A stretch of 64,000 nt of DNA from an uncultured Candidatus Rokubacteria bacterium (GTDB lineage Bacteria > Methylomirabilota > Methylomirabilia > Rokubacteriales > CSP1-6): NCBI GenBank assembly GCA_963747235.1, contig CAVVEU010000040.1, positions 416,001 to 480,000 on the forward strand. The letters run 5' to 3'. Below the pieces are notes generated by a model. The model was not told the origin of the DNA, searched no databases, and saw only the letters and a list, made by a program, of their open reading frames with translations. Numbering within the stretch: position 1 is the stretch's first letter; every line of letters starts with the position of its first letter. Shown piece after piece: positions 34,376 to 42,583 of the stretch. A program made the position numbers and the translations under genes.

Positions 34376-35104
34376 ATGGGCGTGGTGAGACGAGTTCTGA
34401 CGGGAATCGGCCGGGCGCTGCGCGCGCGGCCACGGCTCTTCGTCGGCGTGGCCGCCGCGGTCCTGGTCCTGGACGTCCTGGTGCCGGTCGCGGTCCTCTC
34501 GATCGCTCGCGTCCGGGTGGACTACTTCACCTTCAATCCCTGGCTCGGGAACCTGCCGGGCTACCTGGCCTCCGGCAAGGGCACGCTCGGGGAGCGGCTG
34601 GGACGGGCCTGGGAGCTGGCGCTCTTCTGGTTCTCGGCCGACGGCGTCTTCGGCATCGACTGGGGCTTCGCGGTGACCACCGCCGATCTCGCCCGCTTCC
34701 TCCTGATGGGCGCGCTGGTCGGCGCCTACTTCGCGCTCTGGGCGCACCGGCGCGCCGGGGCCGGCGGGGCGGCGGGCTGGCGGATGCGCGCGGGTAGGCA
34801 GGGCGGGATGCTCGGCGCGGCGGGCAGCGTGTGCGGGCTGGCCACCGGCGGCTGCACCGTCATGGGCTGCGGCGCGCCGGTGATCCCGGTCGTGGGCCTG
34901 GCCTTCGTCGGGCTCTCGAGCACCACGCTCACCCTGTTCGCCCAGGTCTCGACCTACGCGACGCTCGCGGTGATCGGGGGACTCACGGCCGGGGTGATTT
35001 ACCTCGCGTGGCGCGTGGGCGCCGCGCCCCCTCACCCTGCCCTCTCCCCCTCCGGGGGCGAGGGTTCAGCCTCCCTCTCCCCTCTGGGGAGAGGGTCGGG
35101 GTGA
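34376..35104 (+). CDS. Hypothetical membrane protein with C-x6-C-x4-C motif
   Basis: Several TM segments; GSVCGLATGGCTVMGCGAPVIP; C-terminus runs through the REP. Confidence 0.75.
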   Translation: MGVVRRVLTGIGRALRARPRLFVGVAAAVLVLDVLVPVAVLSIARVRVDYFTFNPWLGNLPGYLASGKGTLGERLGRAWELALFWFSADGVFGIDWGFAVTTADLARFLLMGALVGAYFALWAHRRAGAGGAAGWRMRAGRQGGMLGAAGSVCGLATGGCTVMGCGAPVIPVVGLAFVGLSSTTLTLFAQVSTYATLAVIGGLTAGVIYLAWRVGAAPPHPALSPSGGEGSASLSPLGRGSG

Positions 35105-35108
35105 GGGG
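35027..35108. repeat. REP-like composite palindrome, second copy
   Basis: CCCCCTCACCCTGCCCTCTCCCCC...GGGGAGAGGGTCGGGGTGAGGGG. Confidence 0.85.
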
Positions 35109-35115
35109 CCCGATT

Positions 35116-35910
35116 CTAGCGGCCCTTGAACTGGGGCTCGCGCTTCTCGACGAAGGCGCGCGCGGCCTCGCGGTGATCCTCGGTCATGCCGGTGCGCGTG
35201 TGGTTCCACGCCTCGAGGTCGAGCATGTCTTTCAGGGACGCGGTTTCCGCGGCGTTCATGTTCCGCTTCATGTAGCGATAGGCCACGCGCGGCCCGCGGG
35301 CCAGGCGTGAGGCGAGCGCCATCGTCTCCTCCTCGAGGCGCGCGTCGGCCACCACCCGGTTCACCAGGCCCAGGCCGAGCGCCTGCTGCGCGTCGAGCAG
35401 GTCCGCGGTGAAGTAGAGCTCGCGCGCCTTGGCGGTGCCCACGAGCTGGGTCAGGTAGTAGCTGCCGCCGAAGTCGCCGGAGTAGCCGACGCGCGCGAAG
35501 GCGGTGCCGAGCTTCACGGTGTCGCTCGCGATGCGCATGTCGCAGGCCATCGCCAGCGAGAGCCCGGCGCCCGCGGCCGGCCCCCGCATCATCGCGATGG
35601 TGGGCTTGGGCATCTCGTGGAGCCACCGCGAGGTCTCCATCCGCGAGCGCAGCGCCTGCGCCCGATCCTCCATGGTCTGGCCGCCCAGCTCGTTGCCCTC
35701 CGCCATGGCCTTGACGTCGCCGCCCGCGCAGAAGCCGCGGCCGGCCCCGGTGAGCACGACCACGCCGACCGCCGGATCCTCGGCCAGCCGCGGGAGGGCT
35801 TCCAGCAGCGCGTCCAGCATCGGCCGCGACATCGCGTTCAACCGATCGGGGCGGTTGAGGGTCAGCACGGCCACTCCGTCCTTCACCTGCTCGATCAGAT
35901 CGGTGCTCAT
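35116..35910 (-). CDS. Enoyl-CoA hydratase/isomerase (crotonase)
   Basis: LTLNRPDRLNA, GRGFCAGGD, GPAAGAGLSLAMACD, DHREAARAFVEKREPQFKGR. Confidence 0.92.
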   Translation of the reverse strand: MSTDLIEQVKDGVAVLTLNRPDRLNAMSRPMLDALLEALPRLAEDPAVGVVVLTGAGRGFCAGGDVKAMAEGNELGGQTMEDRAQALRSRMETSRWLHEMPKPTIAMMRGPAAGAGLSLAMACDMRIASDTVKLGTAFARVGYSGDFGGSYYLTQLVGTAKARELYFTADLLDAQQALGLGLVNRVVADARLEEETMALASRLARGPRVAYRYMKRNMNAAETASLKDMLDLEAWNHTRTGMTEDHREAARAFVEKREPQFKGR

Positions 35911-35994
35911 CGTGGGTCTCCTCCGGCGGCGCCGCCGGATCGTCGTGAGAAATCGGATAGCGTGGACGGGTGATTGTACAATGAAGGCCCGACC

Positions 35995-36933
35995 ATGAAG
36001 CACGCGATGGTGTGGCTGATCGCGGTGGCGTGCAGCGCGGCCGCGGTGCCGTCCACGGCGGCGGACCGCGCGACCCAGTCGCACACGCTCGAGGTCGACG
36101 GCCTCACCCGCACCTACCTGCTGCACGTGCCGCCGACCCTGCCCGCGGGCCCCGCGCCGCTCGTGCTCGTCTTTCACGGCGGGGGCGGCAACGGCCCCGG
36201 CACCGAGCGCCTCACCCGCTTCAGCGAGCTGGCCGATCGCGAGGGCGTCCTCGTCGCGTATCCGGAAGGCGTCGGCCGGAACTGGTACGACGGGCGCGAG
36301 TTCGCCAGCGGCTCGCGCGCCCACCGCGAGCGGATCGACGACGTGGGGTTCGTGGCCGCGCTGCTGGACGCCATCGCGCGCGCGCACGCGGTGGACCCGC
36401 GGCGGATCTACGCCACCGGCATCTCCAACGGCGCGGTCTTCTCCCACTATCTCGCCGCGCACCTCTCCGCGCGCATCGCGGCCATCGCGCCGGTGGTCGG
36501 CGGGATCGCCGATCCGCCCGACGCCTGGCTGCGGCCCGAGCGGCCGGTCTCGGTGCTGATCCTGCAGGGCACGGCGGATCCGCTGGTGCCGTACCGGGGC
36601 GGCGCCATCGCCTTCGGACGCGGCCGGATCATCGACACGGAGGACGCGACGCGCCGCTGGGCCCGGCTCAACGGGACCGCGACCGAGCCCCGGCCGACGG
36701 TGCTGCCCGCGCCCGGACCAGCGCCCGGAAAGGATCACTGCGGGGGCCTCCGGCTCACGTACTCGGGCGGGCGCGACGGCAGCGAGGTGGTGCTGGTGCG
36801 GCTCGACGGCGGCGGCCACACGTGGCCCGGCGGCGGCCAGTATCTCCCGGAGGGGCTCATCGGCCGCGTGTGCCGCGATTTCAGCGCCACCACGGTCATC
36901 TGGGAGTTCTTCCGCACCCATCCGAAGCCGTAG
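35995..36933 (+). CDS. Secreted esterase, PHB-depolymerase/LpqC-like alpha/beta hydrolase
   Basis: Signal peptide; VFHGGGG, VAYPEG, GISNG nucleophile, GTADPLVP, GGGHTWPGG. Confidence 0.88.
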   Translation: MKHAMVWLIAVACSAAAVPSTAADRATQSHTLEVDGLTRTYLLHVPPTLPAGPAPLVLVFHGGGGNGPGTERLTRFSELADREGVLVAYPEGVGRNWYDGREFASGSRAHRERIDDVGFVAALLDAIARAHAVDPRRIYATGISNGAVFSHYLAAHLSARIAAIAPVVGGIADPPDAWLRPERPVSVLILQGTADPLVPYRGGAIAFGRGRIIDTEDATRRWARLNGTATEPRPTVLPAPGPAPGKDHCGGLRLTYSGGRDGSEVVLVRLDGGGHTWPGGGQYLPEGLIGRVCRDFSATTVIWEFFRTHPKP

Positions 36934-36977
36934 CACGGTATGCTCGCGCGAATCCACCCACGGAGGCCGCGCGACCA

Positions 36978-37475
36978 GTGATCGCCCCGGATGAGATCGA
37001 GCAGCGGGTACGGCAGGTCCTCGACGGCCTCGGCCTGCCCCACGAGATGGTCGAGATCGATCCGCAGTACGCCGACACCGCCGCGTTCTGCGCGCAGTAC
37101 GGCTACCCGCCGGAGCAATCGGCCAACACTATCATCGTCGGCTCCAAGAAGGAGCCGAAGCAGTACTGCGCCTGCGTGGTCCGCGCCACCCGGCGGGTGG
37201 ACGTCAATCACACGGTGCGCAAGCTGCTCGGCGTCTCCCGGCTCTCCTTCGCGGATCCGGAGGAGACCCGCGCGCTCACCGGCATGATGCTGGGCGGCGT
37301 CACCGTGTTCGCGCTGCCCGCCGATCTGCCGATCTACGTGGACGAAGGGCTGATGCCCCTGCCCTGGATCATCCTGGGCGGCGGGAGCCGCTCGCTGAAG
37401 GTGAAGATCTCGCCGGAGGTGTTCCGCGTGCTGCCCGGCGCGACGGTCACGCCGGGGCTGGTGACGGAGCCGTAG
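36978..37475 (+). CDS. YbaK/EbsC aminoacyl-tRNA editing family protein
   Basis: ADTAAFC, SANTIIV, LTGMMLGGVTVF, GGGSRSLKV. Confidence 0.85.
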   Translation: MIAPDEIEQRVRQVLDGLGLPHEMVEIDPQYADTAAFCAQYGYPPEQSANTIIVGSKKEPKQYCACVVRATRRVDVNHTVRKLLGVSRLSFADPEETRALTGMMLGGVTVFALPADLPIYVDEGLMPLPWIILGGGSRSLKVKISPEVFRVLPGATVTPGLVTEP

Positions 37476-37482
37476 AGCCCGA

Positions 37483-37517
37483 CCCTCACCCTGCCCTCTC
37501 CCCAGAGGGGAGAGGGC
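37483..37517. repeat. REP-like half element, third copy
   Basis: CCCTCACCCTGCCCTCTCCCCAGAGGGGAGAGGGC between convergent genes. Confidence 0.8.
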
Positions 37518-37518
37518 G

Positions 37519-38334
37519 CTATTCGCGCAGGGCGCCGGCCAGGAGGCCGCGGACCAGGTAGCGCTGAAAGCCCACCACGATCAGGATGGGCGGCAGGCTC
37601 GCCAGCAGCGAGGCGGCCGCGATGTCGCCCCAGGGCACCTCGAACACGCCGGGAAAGAGCGCCAGCGCGACCGGCACCGTGCGGCTGGCCTCGGTGGCCG
37701 TGAAGCTGTAGGCGAACAGGAACTCGTTCCACGAGAACAGGAACGCGAGCAGCGCGGCGGACGCCATGCCCGGCGCCACCAGCGGTAGAACAACCCATCT
37801 GAGAATCGCCAGGCGGTCGGCGCCATCCGTCGCCGCCGCCTCCTCGAGTGCCCGGGGGATCTCGCGGATGAAACCGGTGAGCAGCCAGATCACCAGCGGC
37901 AGGGCGAACGAGCCATTCGCCAGGATGAGGGCCAGCCACGTGTCACGCAGGCCCAGCGCGCGCATCAGGAGATACAGCGGGCTCACGGTGGCGATCTGCG
38001 GAAACGCGGTGGCCGCGATCATCGCGAGCAGGATCACGCCGCGGCCCCGCACCGGCAGCCGCGCGAGCGCGTAGGCGGCCAGCGCCCCGAGCCCCACCGC
38101 GAGCAGCGTGCTGAGGAGCGCGATGCCCAGGCTGTTGACGAGGGCGCGCGGCATCAGGCTCTGGCGGAACACCACGTCGTAGTGCGCCCACGTGAGATGG
38201 CTCGGCAGGAGCCGCGTCAAGGGCAGCAGCTCGGCGTCGGGCCGCACCGAGGTCAGCGCCTGCCAGAAGAAGGGCGACGCGTAGCACGCCAGGGCGAGCA
38301 GCACCAGGCCGTCGCGCAGCCGGCCCGCCCTCAC
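37519..38334 (-). CDS. Carbohydrate ABC permease (MalG-like)
   Basis: EIPRALEEAAATDGA EAA motif, FSWNEFLFA. Confidence 0.88.
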   Translation of the reverse strand: MRAGRLRDGLVLLALACYASPFFWQALTSVRPDAELLPLTRLLPSHLTWAHYDVVFRQSLMPRALVNSLGIALLSTLLAVGLGALAAYALARLPVRGRGVILLAMIAATAFPQIATVSPLYLLMRALGLRDTWLALILANGSFALPLVIWLLTGFIREIPRALEEAAATDGADRLAILRWVVLPLVAPGMASAALLAFLFSWNEFLFAYSFTATEASRTVPVALALFPGVFEVPWGDIAAASLLASLPPILIVVGFQRYLVRGLLAGALRE

Positions 38335-39188
38335 GCGGTCCGCTCCTGCCGGCCGATCAGGCGCAGGTAGAGGGCCGCGACGACCATCACGAGCGCGAAG
38401 ACCACGACGCCGATGGCGGAGCCGAAGCCGATCTGGAGCGTCTGGAACAGGGCGCGATAGGCGTAGACCGTCAGCGACTCGGTGCTGCCCGCCGGCCCCC
38501 CGCCGGTCAGCACGAACATGATGTCGAAGGCGCGGATCGCGTCGAGCGTGCGGAAGAGCAGGGTCACGAGGAGGATCGGCCGCACGAGGGGCCAGGTGAT
38601 GCGGGCGAAGGCCTGGAGCCCCGCGGCGCCGTCCACCTCGGCGGCCTCGTAGAGCTCGGGCGGAATCGTCAGGAGCCGCGCGTAGCAGAGCAGCGCCACG
38701 AACGGCGTCGCGCGCCACACGTCGGCCAGGATCAGCGACGGCAGGGCCAGGTCCGGATCGCCGAGCCAGTTGATCGCGCGGCCGCCCAGCAGGAAGTTCA
38801 CGAGCCCGCCCGCGGGATGGTAGAGCCACTCGAACATCTTGGCCGTCACCACCGACGGCAGCGCCCAGGCCAGGAGCAGCAGCGCCAGCGCGGTGCGACG
38901 CCCGTCACGCTGCCCGCGGAGCGCCACCGCGATGGCCAGGCCCAGCGCGCCCTCCAGCGCGACGGAGGCCACCGTGAACACGCCGGTCACCCACGCCGCG
39001 TTCCAGAAGCGCGTGTCCACCGCGAGAAACGCGAAGTGCTCGAGCCCGGCCCAGCGCGCGATGCCGAACACCGGGATGCGGTACTGGAGCGCGAGCCACA
39101 GCACCCAGAGCGCGGGGTACACGGTGAGCGTGCCGAGGACGAGCAGGGCCGGTGACAGGAGAAGCCAGGCCAGGCCGCGGTCGCTCAC
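38331..39188 (-). CDS. Carbohydrate ABC permease (MalF-like)
   Basis: IPPELYEAAEVDGA, FDIMFVLTGGGP. Confidence 0.88.
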   Translation of the reverse strand: MSDRGLAWLLLSPALLVLGTLTVYPALWVLWLALQYRIPVFGIARWAGLEHFAFLAVDTRFWNAAWVTGVFTVASVALEGALGLAIAVALRGQRDGRRTALALLLLAWALPSVVTAKMFEWLYHPAGGLVNFLLGGRAINWLGDPDLALPSLILADVWRATPFVALLCYARLLTIPPELYEAAEVDGAAGLQAFARITWPLVRPILLVTLLFRTLDAIRAFDIMFVLTGGGPAGSTESLTVYAYRALFQTLQIGFGSAIGVVVFALVMVVAALYLRLIGRQERTA

Positions 39189-40483
39189 GGCGCCACGGAG
39201 CGCAGGAGGTGCTGGATCTGGGCGGTGGCGTCGCGCATCGCGCGGTCGGGGGACTTGCGGCCGACCAGGACCGCGGAGAACTCGGGCTGGAGCGTGGTGG
39301 AGAGCATCAGGTAGTAGGGCGTGATCGGGCGCGGGTGGCCGCGGAGCATCAGTCCGTGGAGCGCGGGCAGGCTCGGATCGCGCGCGACCAGCGCGGCGTC
39401 GCGATAGAGCGCGGGGCGCGAGGGGCGGAGCGCGGCGCCCTCGGTCATCGCGCGCTGGGCGGCCTCGCTGGTGAGAAAGCGCACGAGCGCCACCGCCAGG
39501 TCCCGGTGCCGCGTGCGCGCGCTCACCGCCAGGTGCGCGCCGCCGGTGGAGGCGGCGCCGACCGGGCCGTGGCGCAGGCGCGGGATCGGCGCCACGCCCA
39601 CCTTGCCGCGCACGCGCGAGCCCGGCAGCTCGAAGAGATCGAGCGCGTAGGGCCAGCCCCGCAGGAAGATGGCGCGGCCGTCGCCGAAGGGCCGGCGCGT
39701 CAGCTCCTCGTCCGCCGCGGTGACCCAGGCCGGGCTCACGCCGCTCTCGATGAGGTCGCGCAGGAAGGCGAGCGATTCGCGCGCCCGCTCGGGTTCGGGG
39801 AACGGCCGCCCCGCCTCGTCGAGGAGCCGCGCCCCGTTGGCCCAGAGCGCCTCCAGCACGTTGACCATGCCGCCCTCGTACTGCTTGCCCTGCCAGAGAT
39901 AGCCGTCGAGCTTCGGATCGCGCTCCCCCGCCTGGATCCGCCGCACCTGCCCGGTCAGCTCGTCGTAGGTCTCGGGCGGGCGGAAGCCGTACTTGGTCAG
40001 CAGGTCGGCGCGGTAGTAGAGCAGACCCACGTTCATGAACCAGGGCAGCGCCCAGAGCCGCCCGTCCTGCCGCGCGGGCTCGATCGCGGTCGGGAAGTGC
40101 GCGTCGCGCTCGGCCGGGGTCACCGACGCGGTGAGATCCAGGATCCAGCCCGCGCGCGCGAACTCGGGCACCCAGATCACGTCGAGCATCATCACGTCGA
40201 AGGGCGGGCCGCCGCCTTCGAGGTTGATCACGTAGAACTGATGCTGCTCGTCCGAGCTCCAGGTGAGCGCCTCGCTCTGCACGCGCACGCCGGGGTGCTC
40301 GGCCTCGAAGCGCCGCAGCAAGCCGGGCACCGGGTCGGCGGGCCCCAGGATCTTGGCGTGCTTGAAGACCAGCGTGATCGGCGCGCCCGCGACAGGACGC
40401 TCCCGGCACCCGCCCAGCACGAGGGCGAGGAGCAATGAGACGAGGAGGCCGGCGGCCGCGGCGCGCGCCGGACAGGGCGCCAT
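39185..40483 (-). CDS. Sugar ABC substrate-binding lipoprotein (trehalose/maltose-binding-like)
   Basis: Lipobox LGGC; LDVIWVPEFA, LLYYRADLL, QGKQYEG, PRPITPYY. Confidence 0.88.
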   Translation of the reverse strand: MAPCPARAAAAGLLVSLLLALVLGGCRERPVAGAPITLVFKHAKILGPADPVPGLLRRFEAEHPGVRVQSEALTWSSDEQHQFYVINLEGGGPPFDVMMLDVIWVPEFARAGWILDLTASVTPAERDAHFPTAIEPARQDGRLWALPWFMNVGLLYYRADLLTKYGFRPPETYDELTGQVRRIQAGERDPKLDGYLWQGKQYEGGMVNVLEALWANGARLLDEAGRPFPEPERARESLAFLRDLIESGVSPAWVTAADEELTRRPFGDGRAIFLRGWPYALDLFELPGSRVRGKVGVAPIPRLRHGPVGAASTGGAHLAVSARTRHRDLAVALVRFLTSEAAQRAMTEGAALRPSRPALYRDAALVARDPSLPALHGLMLRGHPRPITPYYLMLSTTLQPEFSAVLVGRKSPDRAMRDATAQIQHLLRSVAP

Positions 40484-40501
40484 GGGCGGCGGCCCCGCGG
40501 G

Positions 40502-41296
40502 CTAGCCCGCGCCCAGCATGTCGCGCAGGGCGCCGCCCTCGGTCTTGAAGTAGTCGAACAGCACGCTCACGTCCCAGCCCATGCAGAAGTGCCGGACGCC
40601 CTGGTCGAGATAGGCCTTCGCCTCGCTCGGATGCGAGATCTCGGCGCGCGGAGCGATGCCGAGCCGGAGCGCGGTCTTGATCACGTGCCGCTCCGCCTCG
40701 ATCACGCGCGGATGGTTCCACTGCCCCGGCAGGCCGATGCTCATCGAGTAGTCGGCGGGGCCGAACTGGACCATGTCCACCCCCTTCACCGACAGCATCG
40801 CCTCCAGGTTCTCCACCGCGGAGGCCTTCTCGATCATCACCGCCACCACCGCGTCCTCGAGCGCCTGGACGAACGCGGGCGAGCCCACGTCCATCACGTA
40901 GCCCACGTCGCGGCGCATCCCCACGCCGTGGATGCCGCCCGCCTCGGGCGTCTCGGCGCGCACGCTCCGCACGCACTCGCGCACGTCCTCGGGCGTGCGC
41001 GGATCGGCGAAGAGCACGTTCTGGATGCCCGAGCCGATGGCCCGCACCGCGAGGTAGGTGCGCGGCTGCTGCTCGACCTTGAACATGGCCGACATGTGGT
41101 CGAAGGTGTTCACCGCCCGCCCCAGGTTCTCGAGCGCGAAGAGATCATAGGGCGCGTACTCGCCCGCGAACTCCACGTAGTCGAAGACCCCCGCGTGACC
41201 CGCCAGCTCCACCACCGCCGGCCACGCCGAATGGATGTGCGTGCCCAGCGTGGGCCGTCCCGCCCGCAGCAGCTCCCGGAGTCGATTGGGTCGCAT
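40502..41296 (-). CDS. HpcH/HpaI-family class II aldolase
   Basis: VMIEKASAVENLEAMLSVKGVDMVQFGPADYSMSIG. Confidence 0.9.
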   Translation of the reverse strand: MRPNRLRELLRAGRPTLGTHIHSAWPAVVELAGHAGVFDYVEFAGEYAPYDLFALENLGRAVNTFDHMSAMFKVEQQPRTYLAVRAIGSGIQNVLFADPRTPEDVRECVRSVRAETPEAGGIHGVGMRRDVGYVMDVGSPAFVQALEDAVVAVMIEKASAVENLEAMLSVKGVDMVQFGPADYSMSIGLPGQWNHPRVIEAERHVIKTALRLGIAPRAEISHPSEAKAYLDQGVRHFCMGWDVSVLFDYFKTEGGALRDMLGAG

Positions 41297-41352
41297 GCGC
41301 CGAGTCTAGGGGGGCAGGTGCGCCCCGTCAATCGCCGCGCTATACTCCCCCG

Positions 41353-42558
41353 GTGCGCGCCCCCGGCCCGCTCTCCGATCTGGTCGTCCTCGATCTCACC
41401 CGCGTGCTCGCCGGCCCCTACTGCACGCGCCTGCTCGCCGACCTGGGCGCGCGCGTGGTCAAGATCGAGCGGCCGGGCGAGGGCGACGACATGCGGAAGA
41501 ACCACCTCCAGATCGAGCCCGGCCGCGCCGACCAGTCCACCTACTTCATCCGCATCAACGTGGGCAAGGAGAGCGTCGCGGTGGACCTGAGCCACCCGCA
41601 GGGCCGCGGCGTGGTGGCCGATCTCTGCCGGGTCGCCGACGTCTTCGTCGAGAACTTCGCCCCCGGCGTGGTCGAGAAGCTCGGCCTGGGCCATGCCGCG
41701 ATGGCCGCCATCAAGCGCGATCTCGTCTACTGCTCGATCTCGGGCTTCGGCCAGACCGGCCCGTGGCGCGAGCGGCAGGCCTTCGCCCACATCATCAACG
41801 CGGCCTCCGGCATGATGCACCTCGACCAGGGCGATCAGCCGTCGCCCCGCGCGTCGAATCTCCAGGCCGCCGACGTGCTGGCCGGCACCCACGCCTTCGG
41901 CGCGATCCTGGCCGCGCTGCGCCGGCGCGATCGCACCGGGCAGGGCGCCTACCTCGACGTCTCGATGCTGGAGGCCCTGATCGCGGCCGACGACGTGTCC
42001 TACGCGGCGGTGCTCAACGGCGGCGAGGCGCAGGGCTCCCCTCGCCCGGCCATGGGCGTCTTCGCGGTGGGCGGCCGGCATCTGGCGCTCCAGACCGGCG
42101 GCGCCGCCGCGCTGTGGCCGCGGCTGCAGGCGCTGCTCGGCCGGCCCGACCTGGCCGCCGATCCGCGCTTCGAGACGCCGGACCAGCGGCGGCGCAACTG
42201 GCCCGCGCTCCGCGACATCATCGGCCTCTGGCTCGCGCGCTTCGCCACCGTGGACGCCGCGCTGGAGGCGCTCCGCGGCGCCCGCATCCCCGCCGCCGCG
42301 GTGCTGATGCCCGAGGAGGTCGTCGCGCACCCGCACCTGCAGGCGCGCGGCGCATTCCCCACCGTGCCGCATCCGGCCCGCGGCGAGGTCCGCGTCACCG
42401 CCGCGCCGTTCCAGCTCGATGGCCAACCGGTCACGCCGGCGGGACCGGCGCCGTACCGGGTCGGCGAGCATACCCGCTCCGTGTTGACCGAGCTGCTTGG
42501 TTACAAGGAACGTGAGATCGACGATCTCGCCCAGGCCGGCGCCGTACAGGCGCCCTGA
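41353..42558 (+). CDS. Family III CoA-transferase (CaiB/BaiF)
   Basis: LDLTRVLAGPYC, KIERPGEGD, ENFAPG, SISGFGQTGP. Confidence 0.92.
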   Translation: MRAPGPLSDLVVLDLTRVLAGPYCTRLLADLGARVVKIERPGEGDDMRKNHLQIEPGRADQSTYFIRINVGKESVAVDLSHPQGRGVVADLCRVADVFVENFAPGVVEKLGLGHAAMAAIKRDLVYCSISGFGQTGPWRERQAFAHIINAASGMMHLDQGDQPSPRASNLQAADVLAGTHAFGAILAALRRRDRTGQGAYLDVSMLEALIAADDVSYAAVLNGGEAQGSPRPAMGVFAVGGRHLALQTGGAAALWPRLQALLGRPDLAADPRFETPDQRRRNWPALRDIIGLWLARFATVDAALEALRGARIPAAAVLMPEEVVAHPHLQARGAFPTVPHPARGEVRVTAAPFQLDGQPVTPAGPAPYRVGEHTRSVLTELLGYKEREIDDLAQAGAVQAP

Positions 42559-42583
42559 GGCGGGGCCACAGGAGAGACGAGAC

